The notes under the pieces are model-generated. The model saw only the letters and a list, made by a program, of their open reading frames with translations. It was not told where the DNA came from and made no database searches. The position numbers and the translations under genes are program-made. From positions 64,001 to 128,000 of the IMG/VR virus record IMGVR_UViG_3300027733_000030: a stretch of 64,000 nt of DNA, one strand, 5' to 3'. Shown here piece by piece: positions 1-10,524 of the stretch (position 1 is its first letter; each line of letters starts with the position of its first letter). Source of the DNA: a virus.

Positions 1-3000
1 TAATAAATGCATTTTGCAGTGTGCCGTCATGGACTGATCTTTTAATTGTCTTATTTGAAAAAATAGAAACCGTAACTAATGCATTAGTGACAAATATACG
101 AGTTGTTGGATTATATTCCGTTCTCGTCCAATGCCACGTTTCTACTGGAATTCGAGTATCTACTGGTGAGGTAGCAACTGTGGTAGGAGGTGCAGTAGTA
201 ACTGGTATAGTAGTAGTAGTAGTAGCAGCAGCTGGAACAGTAGTCGTGGTAGTAGCTGGGGGCACAGTAGTGCGAGGCACGGTTGTGGGAGGTGCGGTTG
301 TGGGAGGTGTAGTGATTGTAGGTGAACCACCAGTTGTTCCACTATCATTATTTGGCTTAACGACTACAGAGCCAAAGGAAGCACTCGTATATGTTCCTGT
401 ATTAGAAACACCCGCTGCTGCTAATATTGCTGATGTTATACCAGCTATATCTTCTGCGGTTAGGGCAGGCGGTTTCTTTGGATCTCCCGAGAAATACCAT
501 ATTCTAGTATCTTTATGGATATCTATATCGCCAGTATATGGAAACACATTATTTGCGCTTGAGCCAACTGTAGCTCTCAATAATCCTAGATCATCGATAG
601 CTGATTGGATGGATATGCAACTGGCGCTAACTGATTCTGATTTTCCAGTAGTTTTAGTCGGATTAGTGGTAACTGTTCTTACTTCTTTTAGTGAGGCATT
701 AAATGTGGCAGTTAGGGTAGTATTTAAAGTTATATTAAATGATAAAGGTTTATCTACGGCTCTTGCGTAATTATATTTAGATATTAAATTAAATGGATAA
801 GATCTAAAAGAATTTAATACATTTAATTCATTATTTAGTCTTCGTGTACCAGAAGTGCTATATTGGCTATCAATAATTGCGTAGGCGCCAAAATTACTTG
901 GTATTGTTAACTTTGGAGAAACTTTATTTGTATATGCGTAACATTTAACATTTGGATCTGTAACCTTGAATAAGTAATATGATGAAGGTATATTTTCATT
1001 GTTAATATTTGTACTCGTATCCACAACTGTAGCATTACTTATTGTAATATCAGGATTTGTTACCTCTATAAATATTTCAATATTGGATGATGATAGAGTT
1101 TGAACTATTTCCCTTTGTGCAGGTGGCAAAAAGTTGGTTAGAGATGATTTATAAAAATCAAACATAGAATTATTATTATTTATAATATTTCTGACATATT
1201 TAGATTCTAAATTATTAATTGATATCTGTGTAAAATATTGTTCTTTTTCATCTTCAAAAAGAGCGTCTTGATCCATAGTCCACGATGAGTCCCACTGTGT
1301 AATGAAATTATATAAAGAACTTCTGATATCTATAGAACGAGTTGCTTGGCTTCTGCAATATAGGGCATAGGATACTATGTTATATAAAAGTTTAAAGGGA
1401 CCCTCAACGATACCAGAATACAACGTAGTTCCACTGGGATCTGCTGCAGTCGGGCCATAGTTTGAATCTGCGACTTGCTCTGGACTATTTACGCTATAAA
1501 TAGAATTGCAATAGGACATTAGCGGAAACGTTGTTGCTACAATATTTCCACGCGATAGTGAATCTCCTGTATTCGGGTATGCCAACACTATACCTGCACT
1601 ATATGCTGATGTAGAACTTGCGCCTAAATTTAAAAATGAGTTTGCTACTGCTGCATTATTGAAGTATTTATATCTTTTAAAAGCGTTCCCCCTATATGAA
1701 TAATTAGATCCATATATTCCATAGTTATCTTTTTCAAAGATACCATCTTGTATTGTCCATCCACCATTTTTAGTATTATCTAATAATACATTAGTATCCA
1801 CATTATCAATATAATTAGATGAAGTTGTTGCTGAACTTAAGCTTAATTGTCTATTTAGAGCTGTGGCATTGCATGTCCCATCACTCATATCAATAATCAG
1901 AGTTCCATTTTTTCTTAGAAATTCTTGAAGTTTAGCGTTTTGATTTGCATTTATTGCTGCTGATGGAGACCACGCTAAAACATCAAAATTATTAAGATCA
2001 TCAATAGAATCTATATTGACCTTCCAATAAGAGGCCAATGTTTTGTCTGTACCTGTTGCGTTGGGATTAACAAATGTATATTTAGCTAAATTAAACGGAG
2101 AGTTTTGTAACCTTGCGAAAACATATGGGTTAACAGTAGAATTATTTTCTTGAGTTGGTGAGCTATATAAAACCCCAACATTTACAGTTTTCTGTACAAT
2201 AGCGCCAGAAGAATCTACTTCTGAACCATAGTTAACTTGATCAAAATTAATATTATTTCTTGTCCTGGCAATCATGCGCCAATTAAAAACTTCAAAACTT
2301 CTATAATCTTTAATTGCTTTTGACGGTACAATTATTTGATAGCCACTCTGTTTATTGACTTCAGAAATTAGAGTACGATATTTATCATCTATTTTTTTAA
2401 TAGAAAAATTATTTTTATCTTTGTAGTTATCATCTATGACAAATGATTCTTCTGGAACTTCATAAAAATAAGGAACAGCATTTACTGTTTCAGTATAATT
2501 TAAAATTAAATTAAATGGATTAGCGTTGTCGTCGCATTCTATTTTGTCATATACTAGTTTTAGATTATTTGGTTTATCTGAATCAAAAAGAACTATAATT
2601 CTATAGGGCCATTGATTACCTTGATAGTTATCCAAAGTTTTAAATGGCTCTAAAAGAATTCTATATTTTTTAGTATTAGTTATCGCATCAATATATTCAT
2701 TGTTATTCCCGTCAATAACTTTTATATTTAGACCAGAAATAGATTCGGCTGGCATATATTGCTTTAAAGATATCAGGGATATATTTGCGGGGCCATTGAT
2801 AAAATATCTACTCATGTACATATAATGAACAAAACCGTCTGCATTGGTTTGAGTAATATCTATTTTTTCTGCATTAGTTGATCTATTTAAAAATATATTT
2901 CCAACAGTAATATCATTACTTGGAAAATCATAACTTCCGTCTATTTTCTTCAAAAAGCCTAGTTCGTCTGCAAAAGCTATGGTTGCTTTTAATCCATCTT

Positions 3001-3178
3001 CATTTGTAATTCTATTTTCCTGTATGCTCCCAGATATATCCACTATAGAAATATTGTTGCGTGGATTCACTTTTAGAGAAGAAAACCATGATATGCCAGC
3101 GGCTTCCGTAGGAACATTCTTGCCAATTTTAACTGACTTCTCATTGCCGTCTGTTGTTAAGTTTTCAAATTTTTTCAT
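1..3178 (-). CDS. Large virion (baseplate/tail-associated) protein, >1059 aa, 3' end outside window; Thr/Pro-rich linker near window edge
   Basis: Missing from the ORF track because it has no stop in the window. ATG at 3178 overlaps the upstream stop (TAATG coupling). My translation begins MKKFENLTTDGNEKSVKIGKNVP, showed no stop down to position 2, and includes TTTIPVTTAPPTTV-type repeats at ~170-330. Confidence 0.8.
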   Translation of the reverse strand, partial: MKKFENLTTDGNEKSVKIGKNVPTEAAGISWFSSLKVNPRNNISIVDISGSIQENRITNEDGLKATIAFADELGFLKKIDGSYDFPSNDITVGNIFLNRSTNAEKIDITQTNADGFVHYMYMSRYFINGPANISLISLKQYMPAESISGLNIKVIDGNNNEYIDAITNTKKYRILLEPFKTLDNYQGNQWPYRIIVLFDSDKPNNLKLVYDKIECDDNANPFNLILNYTETVNAVPYFYEVPEESFVIDDNYKDKNNFSIKKIDDKYRTLISEVNKQSGYQIIVPSKAIKDYRSFEVFNWRMIARTRNNINFDQVNYGSEVDSSGAIVQKTVNVGVLYSSPTQENNSTVNPYVFARLQNSPFNLAKYTFVNPNATGTDKTLASYWKVNIDSIDDLNNFDVLAWSPSAAINANQNAKLQEFLRKNGTLIIDMSDGTCNATALNRQLSLSSATTSSNYIDNVDTNVLLDNTKNGGWTIQDGIFEKDNYGIYGSNYSYRGNAFKRYKYFNNAAVANSFLNLGASSTSAYSAGIVLAYPNTGDSLSRGNIVATTFPLMSYCNSIYSVNSPEQVADSNYGPTAADPSGTTLYSGIVEGPFKLLYNIVSYALYCRSQATRSIDIRSSLYNFITQWDSSWTMDQDALFEDEKEQYFTQISINNLESKYVRNIINNNNSMFDFYKSSLTNFLPPAQREIVQTLSSSNIEIFIEVTNPDITISNATVVDTSTNINNENIPSSYYLFKVTDPNVKCYAYTNKVSPKLTIPSNFGAYAIIDSQYSTSGTRRLNNELNVLNSFRSYPFNLISKYNYARAVDKPLSFNITLNTTLTATFNASLKEVRTVTTNPTKTTGKSESVSASCISIQSAIDDLGLLRATVGSSANNVFPYTGDIDIHKDTRIWYFSGDPKKPPALTAEDIAGITSAILAAAGVSNTGTYTSASFGSVVVKPNNDSGTTGGSPTITTPPTTAPPTTVPRTTVPPATTTTTVPAAATTTTTIPVTTAPPTTVATSPVDTRIPVETWHWTRTEYNPTTRIFVTNALVTVSIFSNKTIKRSVHDGTLQNAFI

Positions 3179-6100
3179 TACTGTTCCTCATAATCTGGAT
3201 GAGAATTCTCTAAGGTTGTTATATATTCCGGAGTTGATCCAAATAGCTTTAATTGATATTGATCAAATTTTCTTAATGGAACCCATTGTTCTGGAATCCA
3301 GTTTGGTGTAGCGTTATTTGTGATAACACTAGAAGAATCTGAATACTTATACACAAAATTAGGGGTCGCAGTTAGATCTGAATTCTGCTGCTTGCTATGA
3401 ATGAAGGAACTAGGTAGGGGCAATCCTTCATTAGCATACTGAACATTATCATATGCCTCGTTCCAATAGACAATATCACCAGATATAGTAACAGCGTCTA
3501 GAGATAAATCTTCCCCATCATTTATTAATAAGTTTCTGACTATAATTGGATCATCAATTTCAATTTTAAGGAACCAGTGACCAGGATTAGTATTGGATTG
3601 AGAGACAATATCATTGTTTATTACAAAAGTGCCGTCAGAATTCGTTGTTATACTATCTGCGGGCGTTCCGTCGAAGAGGTCTAATAAAGTTCTTTCCTTA
3701 ATCCAGTTAAGACCTATTGCGTGTTCAAATGGCTTATTTTTCCAATAAACTCTGCCTACAATCGACACATTAGTTAATCCATCAGCTTGGATGGAGTATC
3801 TCACTGGCGTTGCCTTTACTTGTAAATAAAATTTATTATTAGTATATATTTTAAATGGTATTATTTTTTGATGCCCAGCGGTGGGTGTATCTGTGATCCC
3901 AGAAATTAATATTGAACTTTCATCAGTTATCGCAGGTATAGTGCCAGTGTATCTAACTATAGTTGTAGCAAAACCATTATCGTTTGTTTGGACCTGAGAA
4001 TCTTCAGCCTCAATCTCCGTACCAGAAATATCGAAAGACATATTTGGCTTTAAGTTTCCATTTATATCATAAGATACTATGGATAAATACATCAAATCTT
4101 CTGGTGAATCAGTTATGTGTGCTGGTGACAGATAGGCCTCTATCGATCCATATTCGTACTCGTGAGTATCAATATAGACATAGCCTTCTTCTAAAGGATT
4201 GCTAACCTGATTTATATCAAGATCTATGCTGTTATGGTTATTCATATAATCTGATTCATAGACTATTTCATAGGTAGCTGGCGAATTAGGGGTGACTACA
4301 GTTCCGCCAGATGAATAAAGCCCATCGGCCTTAGTTGCAATGGTTAGGGTCAAGTTGTTTGTAGGAGTCGTTCCACCAAGACTTGTTCCAGGAATGGTTA
4401 TTGTATTGCCTACTTGATAGTTAGAACCACCAGCAACAATGGTGGAAGATGAGTTATCTGCCGTACCTGTCCACGAGGCGTTAGCCGTGTTGCCATCAAA
4501 GTAATCGTTAACTGTTAAACTTCTTTCTATGAGCAGCGCATCTATTTGATGCGAATCTCCACTAGAACCCGTGCCAGTTGAATACACGGTAAAGTTAATA
4601 AAAACGGTATTAGCGGGTATCGTTCCTGTGACTGACAATCGTGTAGAAGTAGCACAAGTGGAAGCCGTACCACTAACTGTAGAAATAAGGGTAAGCGCAC
4701 CAGTGTAAAATTGCATCTGTATACGATATGAGCGTGAGCCCGATTTACGCAGACAACTTATTGAGGCGGTCAGAGTATCCCCAACTCTTGAAGTGTTAAG
4801 ACCATAATACACTCCGTAGGTTGCGGCTGATGAAGCAGTTGAGACTAAAGACCACGATCCTGAGCCACCAGCAATAGTCCCTGCTGTTCGCACATTAGTA
4901 GCATTGTTAGCCTGCCATCCGGTCGTATTTGCCCCAAATGATGGGTTAAGACATAAGTTTGTACGGACGGGGCTAACTGTGATAAATCCGTTGTAAGCGG
5001 TTCCTGACCCAGTTTTGACAATGGTAAATACTGCGCCACTACCAGAGCCATTAGTCCCACTTTGGGTGACTCCAGTGTAGGTTGCTGCCGTTGTAATACT
5101 AGTCCCGGAAGATGTATATGTCGTAGTTCCTTGAGCCAAAGCCGACTTTGGGTTTCCGTTAAATGAACCAAGATAGAATGCGGTGGGACTAGTAACTCCA
5201 GTAACAGTCCCTGTAGTGCTATATGAATTTGGTGTTGTGCCAGCGATAGTAGCAGTATCGCCGACTGAAAAGCCGTGAGACTTAGATGTAATGTAGCTTG
5301 TCCGATTATTAGTTGAAGAATAAACGGCTGAGTTTATATTGGATGTAGTTTGAGGAGGGGTACTGGATAGGTATAGGTTAGCTACATAAGAATCTTTTGT
5401 GCTGGAATAGACATCTTTATCTACATAAAAAGCGTTGTTAACATAATACACAACTTCATACTCTCTACCCTGGACTGATGGAGTAGCCTCTGAGAATGGC
5501 GAAATAACATTAGTTGCTGTACTCAAATTGTTATATAAAGTTTTTCCTGTATACAAATCTTTTACAGATATTTTAGATATATTTTCATATGCCAGATATA
5601 AGGAGTTGCCACTATTGCCAAGAACATTTTCAGTATTATAAAAACTTGCCTTACCTGGTGTAGCTGAATCGGTAAATATTAAATTTCTATATTGAACAGC
5701 TGGTGTAGCTGAATCGCTAGCAACATTTATTATTACAGGTGCGCCAAATCTAGGTATAGAAGTTAATTCAATATTAAAAAACTTTCCATTATGATTTTGG
5801 GTTACTGGATTGGCATAGATATAGTGTTGGTCCTGATCAAGATATAACCAGCCGGTATTTAATCCAGTCAGATATGAACTCTCATTCAAATTAGTTCTCT
5901 TGGCGTTGACATTCACGTATGTTTTTTCACTTGAAGATATTGAGGAGTTTAAGCTCTCTAACAATATTTCCGGATTATCCACATAAGTTTCTATGCTATT
6001 CGGTGTTGTCGTAAATTTAACATAATTGATATTATATATATCTTCTAAATCTAGATTAAAAGAAGTTCTATTTAAATCAATAGTCTGCAAGAATTTATCT

Positions 6101-9100
6101 TGATTATAGAAATAATTTTTTGATTCATTTATTTTATTATAAGTATTATTATTTTCATCAATATAACCAGTAAATACATTTGGTGTTGTAGTGGCAGTAA
6201 AGATATCATTACTAATTTTATCAAATGGATAATGAGTTGTAGGAGTCGCAGCATCGACGATAATATAGTCCGGAGTAGCACGGGGGTTACTTGCGGTTCC
6301 GCCAGATGAATAAAGCCCATCGGCCTTAGTTGCAATGGTTAGCGTCAGGTTGTTCGCGGGGGTCGTACCACCAAGACTTGCGCCAGGAATGGTGATAGTA
6401 TTACCGACCTGGTAGTTGGAACCACCAGCGGTTATTGTGACTGTAATAAACCCACTGTAAGCGGTGCCTGAACCAGTTTTCTGGATAGTAAATACTGCGC
6501 CACTACCAGAGCCATTAGTCGCACTTTGCGTTTTCCCAGTGTAGGTTGCTGCGGCGGTGACGCTAGTCCCGGAAGCCGTAAATGTCGTAGTGCCTTGAGC
6601 CAAAGCTGACTTTGGGTTCCCGTTAAATAATGCAAAATAAAATGTGTTAGTACTGTTGATGCCAGCAATAGTCCTTGTAGTGCTATAGGAACTTGGTGTT
6701 GTGCCAGTTATTGTAATGCTGTCACCAACTGCAAAACCGTGAGGTCTAGACGTCGTGTATTGGGTTGTCCCGTAAATGGTAAAAGCGGCACCTGTTATAG
6801 CATGAGAATAATTAGGATAAAGAAAGTTAACTGTTGCAGATGTTAAGTAGTTCTTAGACCCTATTGCAGTATCATCTGATCTATGAAATGCATACTTAAT
6901 ATTTGGAGATGATGGAACCAAGTATGAGTTTTGAGTATATGGATCTATTGCATATCCGCCATGAGAAGAATATGATCCAGAACGGTAAAGATTTTGTATC
7001 GCTGGAGTAGCTGCATTTATGTATAGATAGTTCAGAGATGAGTCTGGTGGATATATGATCTTATCTAATAAATCATCTTTAAAAGATATAATTTTATTTT
7101 CTTTGCCGGAAGCAGATATATCATTTATAGAGTTTAATACAATATTAGAAGTTAATACATCAGAATTTTTTACTTCTTGCTTAGTCGTATAAACAGTTGA
7201 TCCAATTCGTAGATTTGCATTTACATAGTCGATATTTGGTGATGTTAGCGTGGTAGAGGTATTCGCGCTTGGGTTAGATTTATACGCTATAGGCGAAGTA
7301 TTGAAAGAAGCCCTGTAACCAGCGACTGGCACTGTAATGTACGCCTGTGTTGCCTGATCCCATCTAACGCTATATGTAGTCTTAATGCTGGCTGCGTCAT
7401 AGATGCTAATTGAATTTGATGCTGGGGTAGCCTGTGTATTATAGTACACGTCATTTGTTACTTTATTTCTAAACTCAAGATCAGTTAAAGTTAGTCCATC
7501 TTGATCAAATATCTTTATTAGATTAAACTCTGGACTTGCAGAGTTAGTAGATAAAAATCTATTTCCAACATACATATCATCTCTATCTAGATAGGAGAGA
7601 TTTGTATAGAAAGTACTTGTCGCTGCATAGTTGTCGTGTGGTGGCAATACGATTTCGTACGCCAGTGCTACACCTCTATCATTCGCCCGACCTGCTTCAT
7701 AATCTGAAACTGTTCTAGTATAATTTAAATACCAAGAATAATGGATGTCTACTGGAGAATACACATATGAAGGAGTGCTGCTTAGCTTTGTTCCACCTAT
7801 TTCTATAGATCCAGAAAATGATATCGTTGCTGCTTCAACTGGATCTATTATTAACTTAGCGTCATCAAAATCACCAACACCTGGTTGATAGTATGCAGCT
7901 GGCAGATCTGTATCTGTATCATAAATCGCTGCAATTCTGCTTATACCTTCACCTAGTGTGCCTGCATAATCCCATACTCCATCGCCCCAATTCACATATC
8001 CTAAATTACTTGGATATTTAATATTTAAATTTTCCACTAATTGTTTAAAGGCCGGAAGTGGTTTGCCATCTTCAGAAAAATAATCTGTGGAAGATTCAAT
8101 ATCAGATATTTCTAGAATTTCTGGAGTTGCACCTAGATAATCGGAATCTGGAGTTGCACCATATGCTCTCCATAAATCTAATTCTCGCCTAATAGTTTTC
8201 TTGTACGCGTCCGCGGAAACACCAGGAATATTCTTAGTGACATCTAAAATTCTCTTTTTATAATTAGAGTTTGACTCTAGATTAAGCCTCGGTAGGCTAA
8301 CACGAGCGCCAAATTCATCAAAGTCATTATACATATTTAAAGGATCTTGATTATATATAATTCCATTAATATTTAAAACTGAGAAATTTCTCATTGTAAT
8401 TAATTGACGATCTAACATATTGTAATAGAATACATAGTCTGTTGATCTTGAATTAAAGAAATCTAATAAAGATGAAACTCGACCTAGAGGTATATCGTCA
8501 CCAGTAATTGTATTTATATTAGGAGGCACGTTATATGAGACATGGCACCATGCTAATTCATTGATATCTGCGCTATTAATATACGCATTAATTCCATAAA
8601 GATCAATTTGAGCAGATATATAATCTAAATTTTCGCCTAATAATGCATTTAAGAACGCGCCACCAGTAGACTGCGGTATTGCTAGACTGGGCGTTGCATC
8701 CGCCATTGAATCTTCGAATAAAGCTGTCCAAGATGGAAATCTTTTAAGAATGTTTCTGACAGAATTAGAAATAACTGGTGGGATTGGATCATAAATCCCT
8801 ATTTCTAAATAAAATACTAGACCAAGTAAATTGATATCTATTTCGTCGGCATATATCTCAAGTTCTACTTTTACGTAGGGCTTTGCATTCCTGATAAAAA
8901 TAGCATTAGTCTCTCCACTGAGAGCCGACTTTAGCCATGGCCCATCTTCAGCATCTGATTCATACATCTGAAGGTTAAAAGTTGGAGATATAGTTCCAGG
9001 TATATTAGTAAAAATATGCCTGTAACTTAAAATATCAATCCTAGAAGAAGTGTCTATAAATCTTTGTATGCTTGGAGTTGCTTGTTCATATATCACTTCT

Positions 9101-9342
9101 CCGATATTAGTCATATATATTGTGTCAGCATTAAGTGCAGTGTAGCCATCTAGAGTCGATGGTGAAGTAAGTTCTGTTCCGACATAGGTTTTATCACCTA
9201 TTGTATTTAATCCCAGTGCTGATCTTGTGGAAGAATAGTTCTTATATTGATCGTTGCTATATAAATTTATAGCGTCAGTCGTCCATATATTATCTGATTT
9301 ATTAAAATCAGAACTTTTTAAAAGTAGTAAATATTGCTTCAT
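3178..9342 (-). CDS. Baseplate wedge / tail-fibre attachment protein (2054 aa) with a duplicated cassette and a CBM-like insert
   Basis: Follows baseplate J-like gene. FDEFGARVSLPRLNLESNSNYKKRIL resembles wedge (P2 gpI / T4 gp7-like) segments. Thr/Ser/Asn-rich beta composition; C-terminal Ig-like region (VQTNDNGFAT...TTNSDGTF). Confidence 0.65.
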   Translation of the reverse strand: MKQYLLLLKSSDFNKSDNIWTTDAINLYSNDQYKNYSSTRSALGLNTIGDKTYVGTELTSPSTLDGYTALNADTIYMTNIGEVIYEQATPSIQRFIDTSSRIDILSYRHIFTNIPGTISPTFNLQMYESDAEDGPWLKSALSGETNAIFIRNAKPYVKVELEIYADEIDINLLGLVFYLEIGIYDPIPPVISNSVRNILKRFPSWTALFEDSMADATPSLAIPQSTGGAFLNALLGENLDYISAQIDLYGINAYINSADINELAWCHVSYNVPPNINTITGDDIPLGRVSSLLDFFNSRSTDYVFYYNMLDRQLITMRNFSVLNINGIIYNQDPLNMYNDFDEFGARVSLPRLNLESNSNYKKRILDVTKNIPGVSADAYKKTIRRELDLWRAYGATPDSDYLGATPEILEISDIESSTDYFSEDGKPLPAFKQLVENLNIKYPSNLGYVNWGDGVWDYAGTLGEGISRIAAIYDTDTDLPAAYYQPGVGDFDDAKLIIDPVEAATISFSGSIEIGGTKLSSTPSYVYSPVDIHYSWYLNYTRTVSDYEAGRANDRGVALAYEIVLPPHDNYAATSTFYTNLSYLDRDDMYVGNRFLSTNSASPEFNLIKIFDQDGLTLTDLEFRNKVTNDVYYNTQATPASNSISIYDAASIKTTYSVRWDQATQAYITVPVAGYRASFNTSPIAYKSNPSANTSTTLTSPNIDYVNANLRIGSTVYTTKQEVKNSDVLTSNIVLNSINDISASGKENKIISFKDDLLDKIIYPPDSSLNYLYINAATPAIQNLYRSGSYSSHGGYAIDPYTQNSYLVPSSPNIKYAFHRSDDTAIGSKNYLTSATVNFLYPNYSHAITGAAFTIYGTTQYTTSRPHGFAVGDSITITGTTPSSYSTTRTIAGINSTNTFYFALFNGNPKSALAQGTTTFTASGTSVTAAATYTGKTQSATNGSGSGAVFTIQKTGSGTAYSGFITVTITAGGSNYQVGNTITIPGASLGGTTPANNLTLTIATKADGLYSSGGTASNPRATPDYIIVDAATPTTHYPFDKISNDIFTATTTPNVFTGYIDENNNTYNKINESKNYFYNQDKFLQTIDLNRTSFNLDLEDIYNINYVKFTTTPNSIETYVDNPEILLESLNSSISSSEKTYVNVNAKRTNLNESSYLTGLNTGWLYLDQDQHYIYANPVTQNHNGKFFNIELTSIPRFGAPVIINVASDSATPAVQYRNLIFTDSATPGKASFYNTENVLGNSGNSLYLAYENISKISVKDLYTGKTLYNNLSTATNVISPFSEATPSVQGREYEVVYYVNNAFYVDKDVYSSTKDSYVANLYLSSTPPQTTSNINSAVYSSTNNRTSYITSKSHGFSVGDTATIAGTTPNSYSTTGTVTGVTSPTAFYLGSFNGNPKSALAQGTTTYTSSGTSITTAATYTGVTQSGTNGSGSGAVFTIVKTGSGTAYNGFITVSPVRTNLCLNPSFGANTTGWQANNATNVRTAGTIAGGSGSWSLVSTASSAATYGVYYGLNTSRVGDTLTASISCLRKSGSRSYRIQMQFYTGALTLISTVSGTASTCATSTRLSVTGTIPANTVFINFTVYSTGTGSSGDSHQIDALLIERSLTVNDYFDGNTANASWTGTADNSSSTIVAGGSNYQVGNTITIPGTSLGGTTPTNNLTLTIATKADGLYSSGGTVVTPNSPATYEIVYESDYMNNHNSIDLDINQVSNPLEEGYVYIDTHEYEYGSIEAYLSPAHITDSPEDLMYLSIVSYDINGNLKPNMSFDISGTEIEAEDSQVQTNDNGFATTIVRYTGTIPAITDESSILISGITDTPTAGHQKIIPFKIYTNNKFYLQVKATPVRYSIQADGLTNVSIVGRVYWKNKPFEHAIGLNWIKERTLLDLFDGTPADSITTNSDGTFVINNDIVSQSNTNPGHWFLKIEIDDPIIVRNLLINDGEDLSLDAVTISGDIVYWNEAYDNVQYANEGLPLPSSFIHSKQQNSDLTATPNFVYKYSDSSSVITNNATPNWIPEQWVPLRKFDQYQLKLFGSTPEYITTLENSHPDYEEQ
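4301..5289 (-). repeat. Copy B of the internal duplication, split by an ~180-aa insertion (~4435-4974) resembling a carbohydrate-binding module
   Basis: Copy A reads GFITVTITAGGSNYQVG; copy B reads GFITV-[SPVRTNLCLNPSFGANTTGW...DNSSSTI]-VAGGSNYQVG. The NL.NPSF...GW start and DALLIE end are typical of CBM4/9-like jelly rolls in phage tail proteins. Confidence 0.85.
6298..6753 (-). repeat. Copy A of an ~150-aa internal duplication (HGFAVGD...GNPKSALAQGTTT...KADGLYSSGGT)
   Basis: Aligns at DNA and protein level with 4301-4434 plus 4975-5289, e.g. gttccgccagatgaataaagcccatcggccttagttgcaatggttag is shared exactly. Confidence 0.9.
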
Positions 9343-9354
9343 GCAACAACCTTT

Positions 9355-10524
9355 TTAATAATTAGAGGATCCTATTATAACAGAATATATATTAACATTT
9401 CCAGCTGTAATATATTCTTTTATACTATTAGGTATAAAATCTTTTAATGGGAGTTCTCTTCCATCCGCAGTAAATGTATTAATAGTTACCCCTCTTATAA
9501 GATCAGAAGAAAGTTTTATTTGCTGTTCAATTTGCGATAATGAAATAGTATCACCAATAGTCATTGAATTTAAATACCGCTTAACGAATAAAGATGCTTG
9601 ATTGCGCACTCCATTAATAATAGAATCTGAATTTCCAGATGAAAGAGTCACAGTTGCCGACACACTAACGCTAATCTTTTCAGCAACTCTGACGTTAAAC
9701 CTAACTCCTACTGGCTTAACAGCACTGATTGCACTGAGAATGGCTTGGGGCAGAGCTTTAATGGCAGATGATACTTCTGGGACAACTATGATGTCACAAG
9801 AACCTATACCATAAGAGGCCTCACGTATTCTAACATCCTTAACGCCTTTTACAGAAAGGGCAGCAAAACGTACAGATTCAACTGTTCCTGGAGCCTTAGT
9901 CTTCATAGAGGCAAGGATTCTTCTGCGATAGTTGTCATCAGACTCTGAGGTAATATTTGAATAAATTTCTTTAGGGTTATTCGAATACACTACAACTGTT
10001 GGGGGAGCAATAAAATTGTGCTTAGTAAGTGAATTTTTAGGAGCTACATAAGAGTTATCGGAGAAATTAGGTTCAGCTCTACCGTAAGATCTGGTGGCTC
10101 CAGCCGGAATAGAGACTGTTGATGACAGTTTATAGCTATATTGTTTGCTAGTGAAATTAGATACGTCATTATATAGCAGTGTCCCTGCTGGTATAGTCAC
10201 ACCAGCACTATGGGGTTTATCAATAAAGAATTCGATATTAAAAGATTGTCTTTCTTCTGCTACAAAATTTGTTACAGATTTTCTTGAAACACCATATAGA
10301 TCACCAATTAAGTCAAGATTTCTGCCAGAAGCTGTGCTCAAATTACTTTGAGAAACTGTAAATCTAAAAGCTTCATAAAGATCAGATATTTCAGAACTTA
10401 CTGATTCTGCAAAAGCTCTGGCTATAGATCCTGGATATATGGCTGTAATGCCAGCATTTTTTTCAAGTCCATTCAGTATGGAGACTAGGATTTCTGATTT
10501 ATTTTTAACGCCGTAAACAGCCAT
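9355..10524 (-). CDS. Baseplate J-like wedge protein (T4 gp6 / P2 gpJ family)
   Basis: Characteristic motifs GSIARAFAE, LSTASGRNLDLIG, ESDDNYRRRIL, GTVESVRFAALSVKGV; position next to gp25-like gene. Confidence 0.9.
   Translation of the reverse strand: MAVYGVKNKSEILVSILNGLEKNAGITAIYPGSIARAFAESVSSEISDLYEAFRFTVSQSNLSTASGRNLDLIGDLYGVSRKSVTNFVAEERQSFNIEFFIDKPHSAGVTIPAGTLLYNDVSNFTSKQYSYKLSSTVSIPAGATRSYGRAEPNFSDNSYVAPKNSLTKHNFIAPPTVVVYSNNPKEIYSNITSESDDNYRRRILASMKTKAPGTVESVRFAALSVKGVKDVRIREASYGIGSCDIIVVPEVSSAIKALPQAILSAISAVKPVGVRFNVRVAEKISVSVSATVTLSSGNSDSIINGVRNQASLFVKRYLNSMTIGDTISLSQIEQQIKLSSDLIRGVTINTFTADGRELPLKDFIPNSIKEYITAGNVNIYSVIIGSSNY

Noticed and set aside
21-770. 249-aa plus-strand ORF rich in Val/Gly, superficially a membrane protein
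   Set aside because: Antisense shadow of the Thr/Pro-rich part of the real minus-strand gene (ACT/ACA repeats read as GTA/GTG); no RBS; the whole cluster is on the minus strand.
4301-6753. Repeat pair as a diversity-generating retroelement TR/VR
   Set aside because: Mismatches are not adenine-specific, both copies are in frame within one gene, and no reverse transcriptase is in the window.
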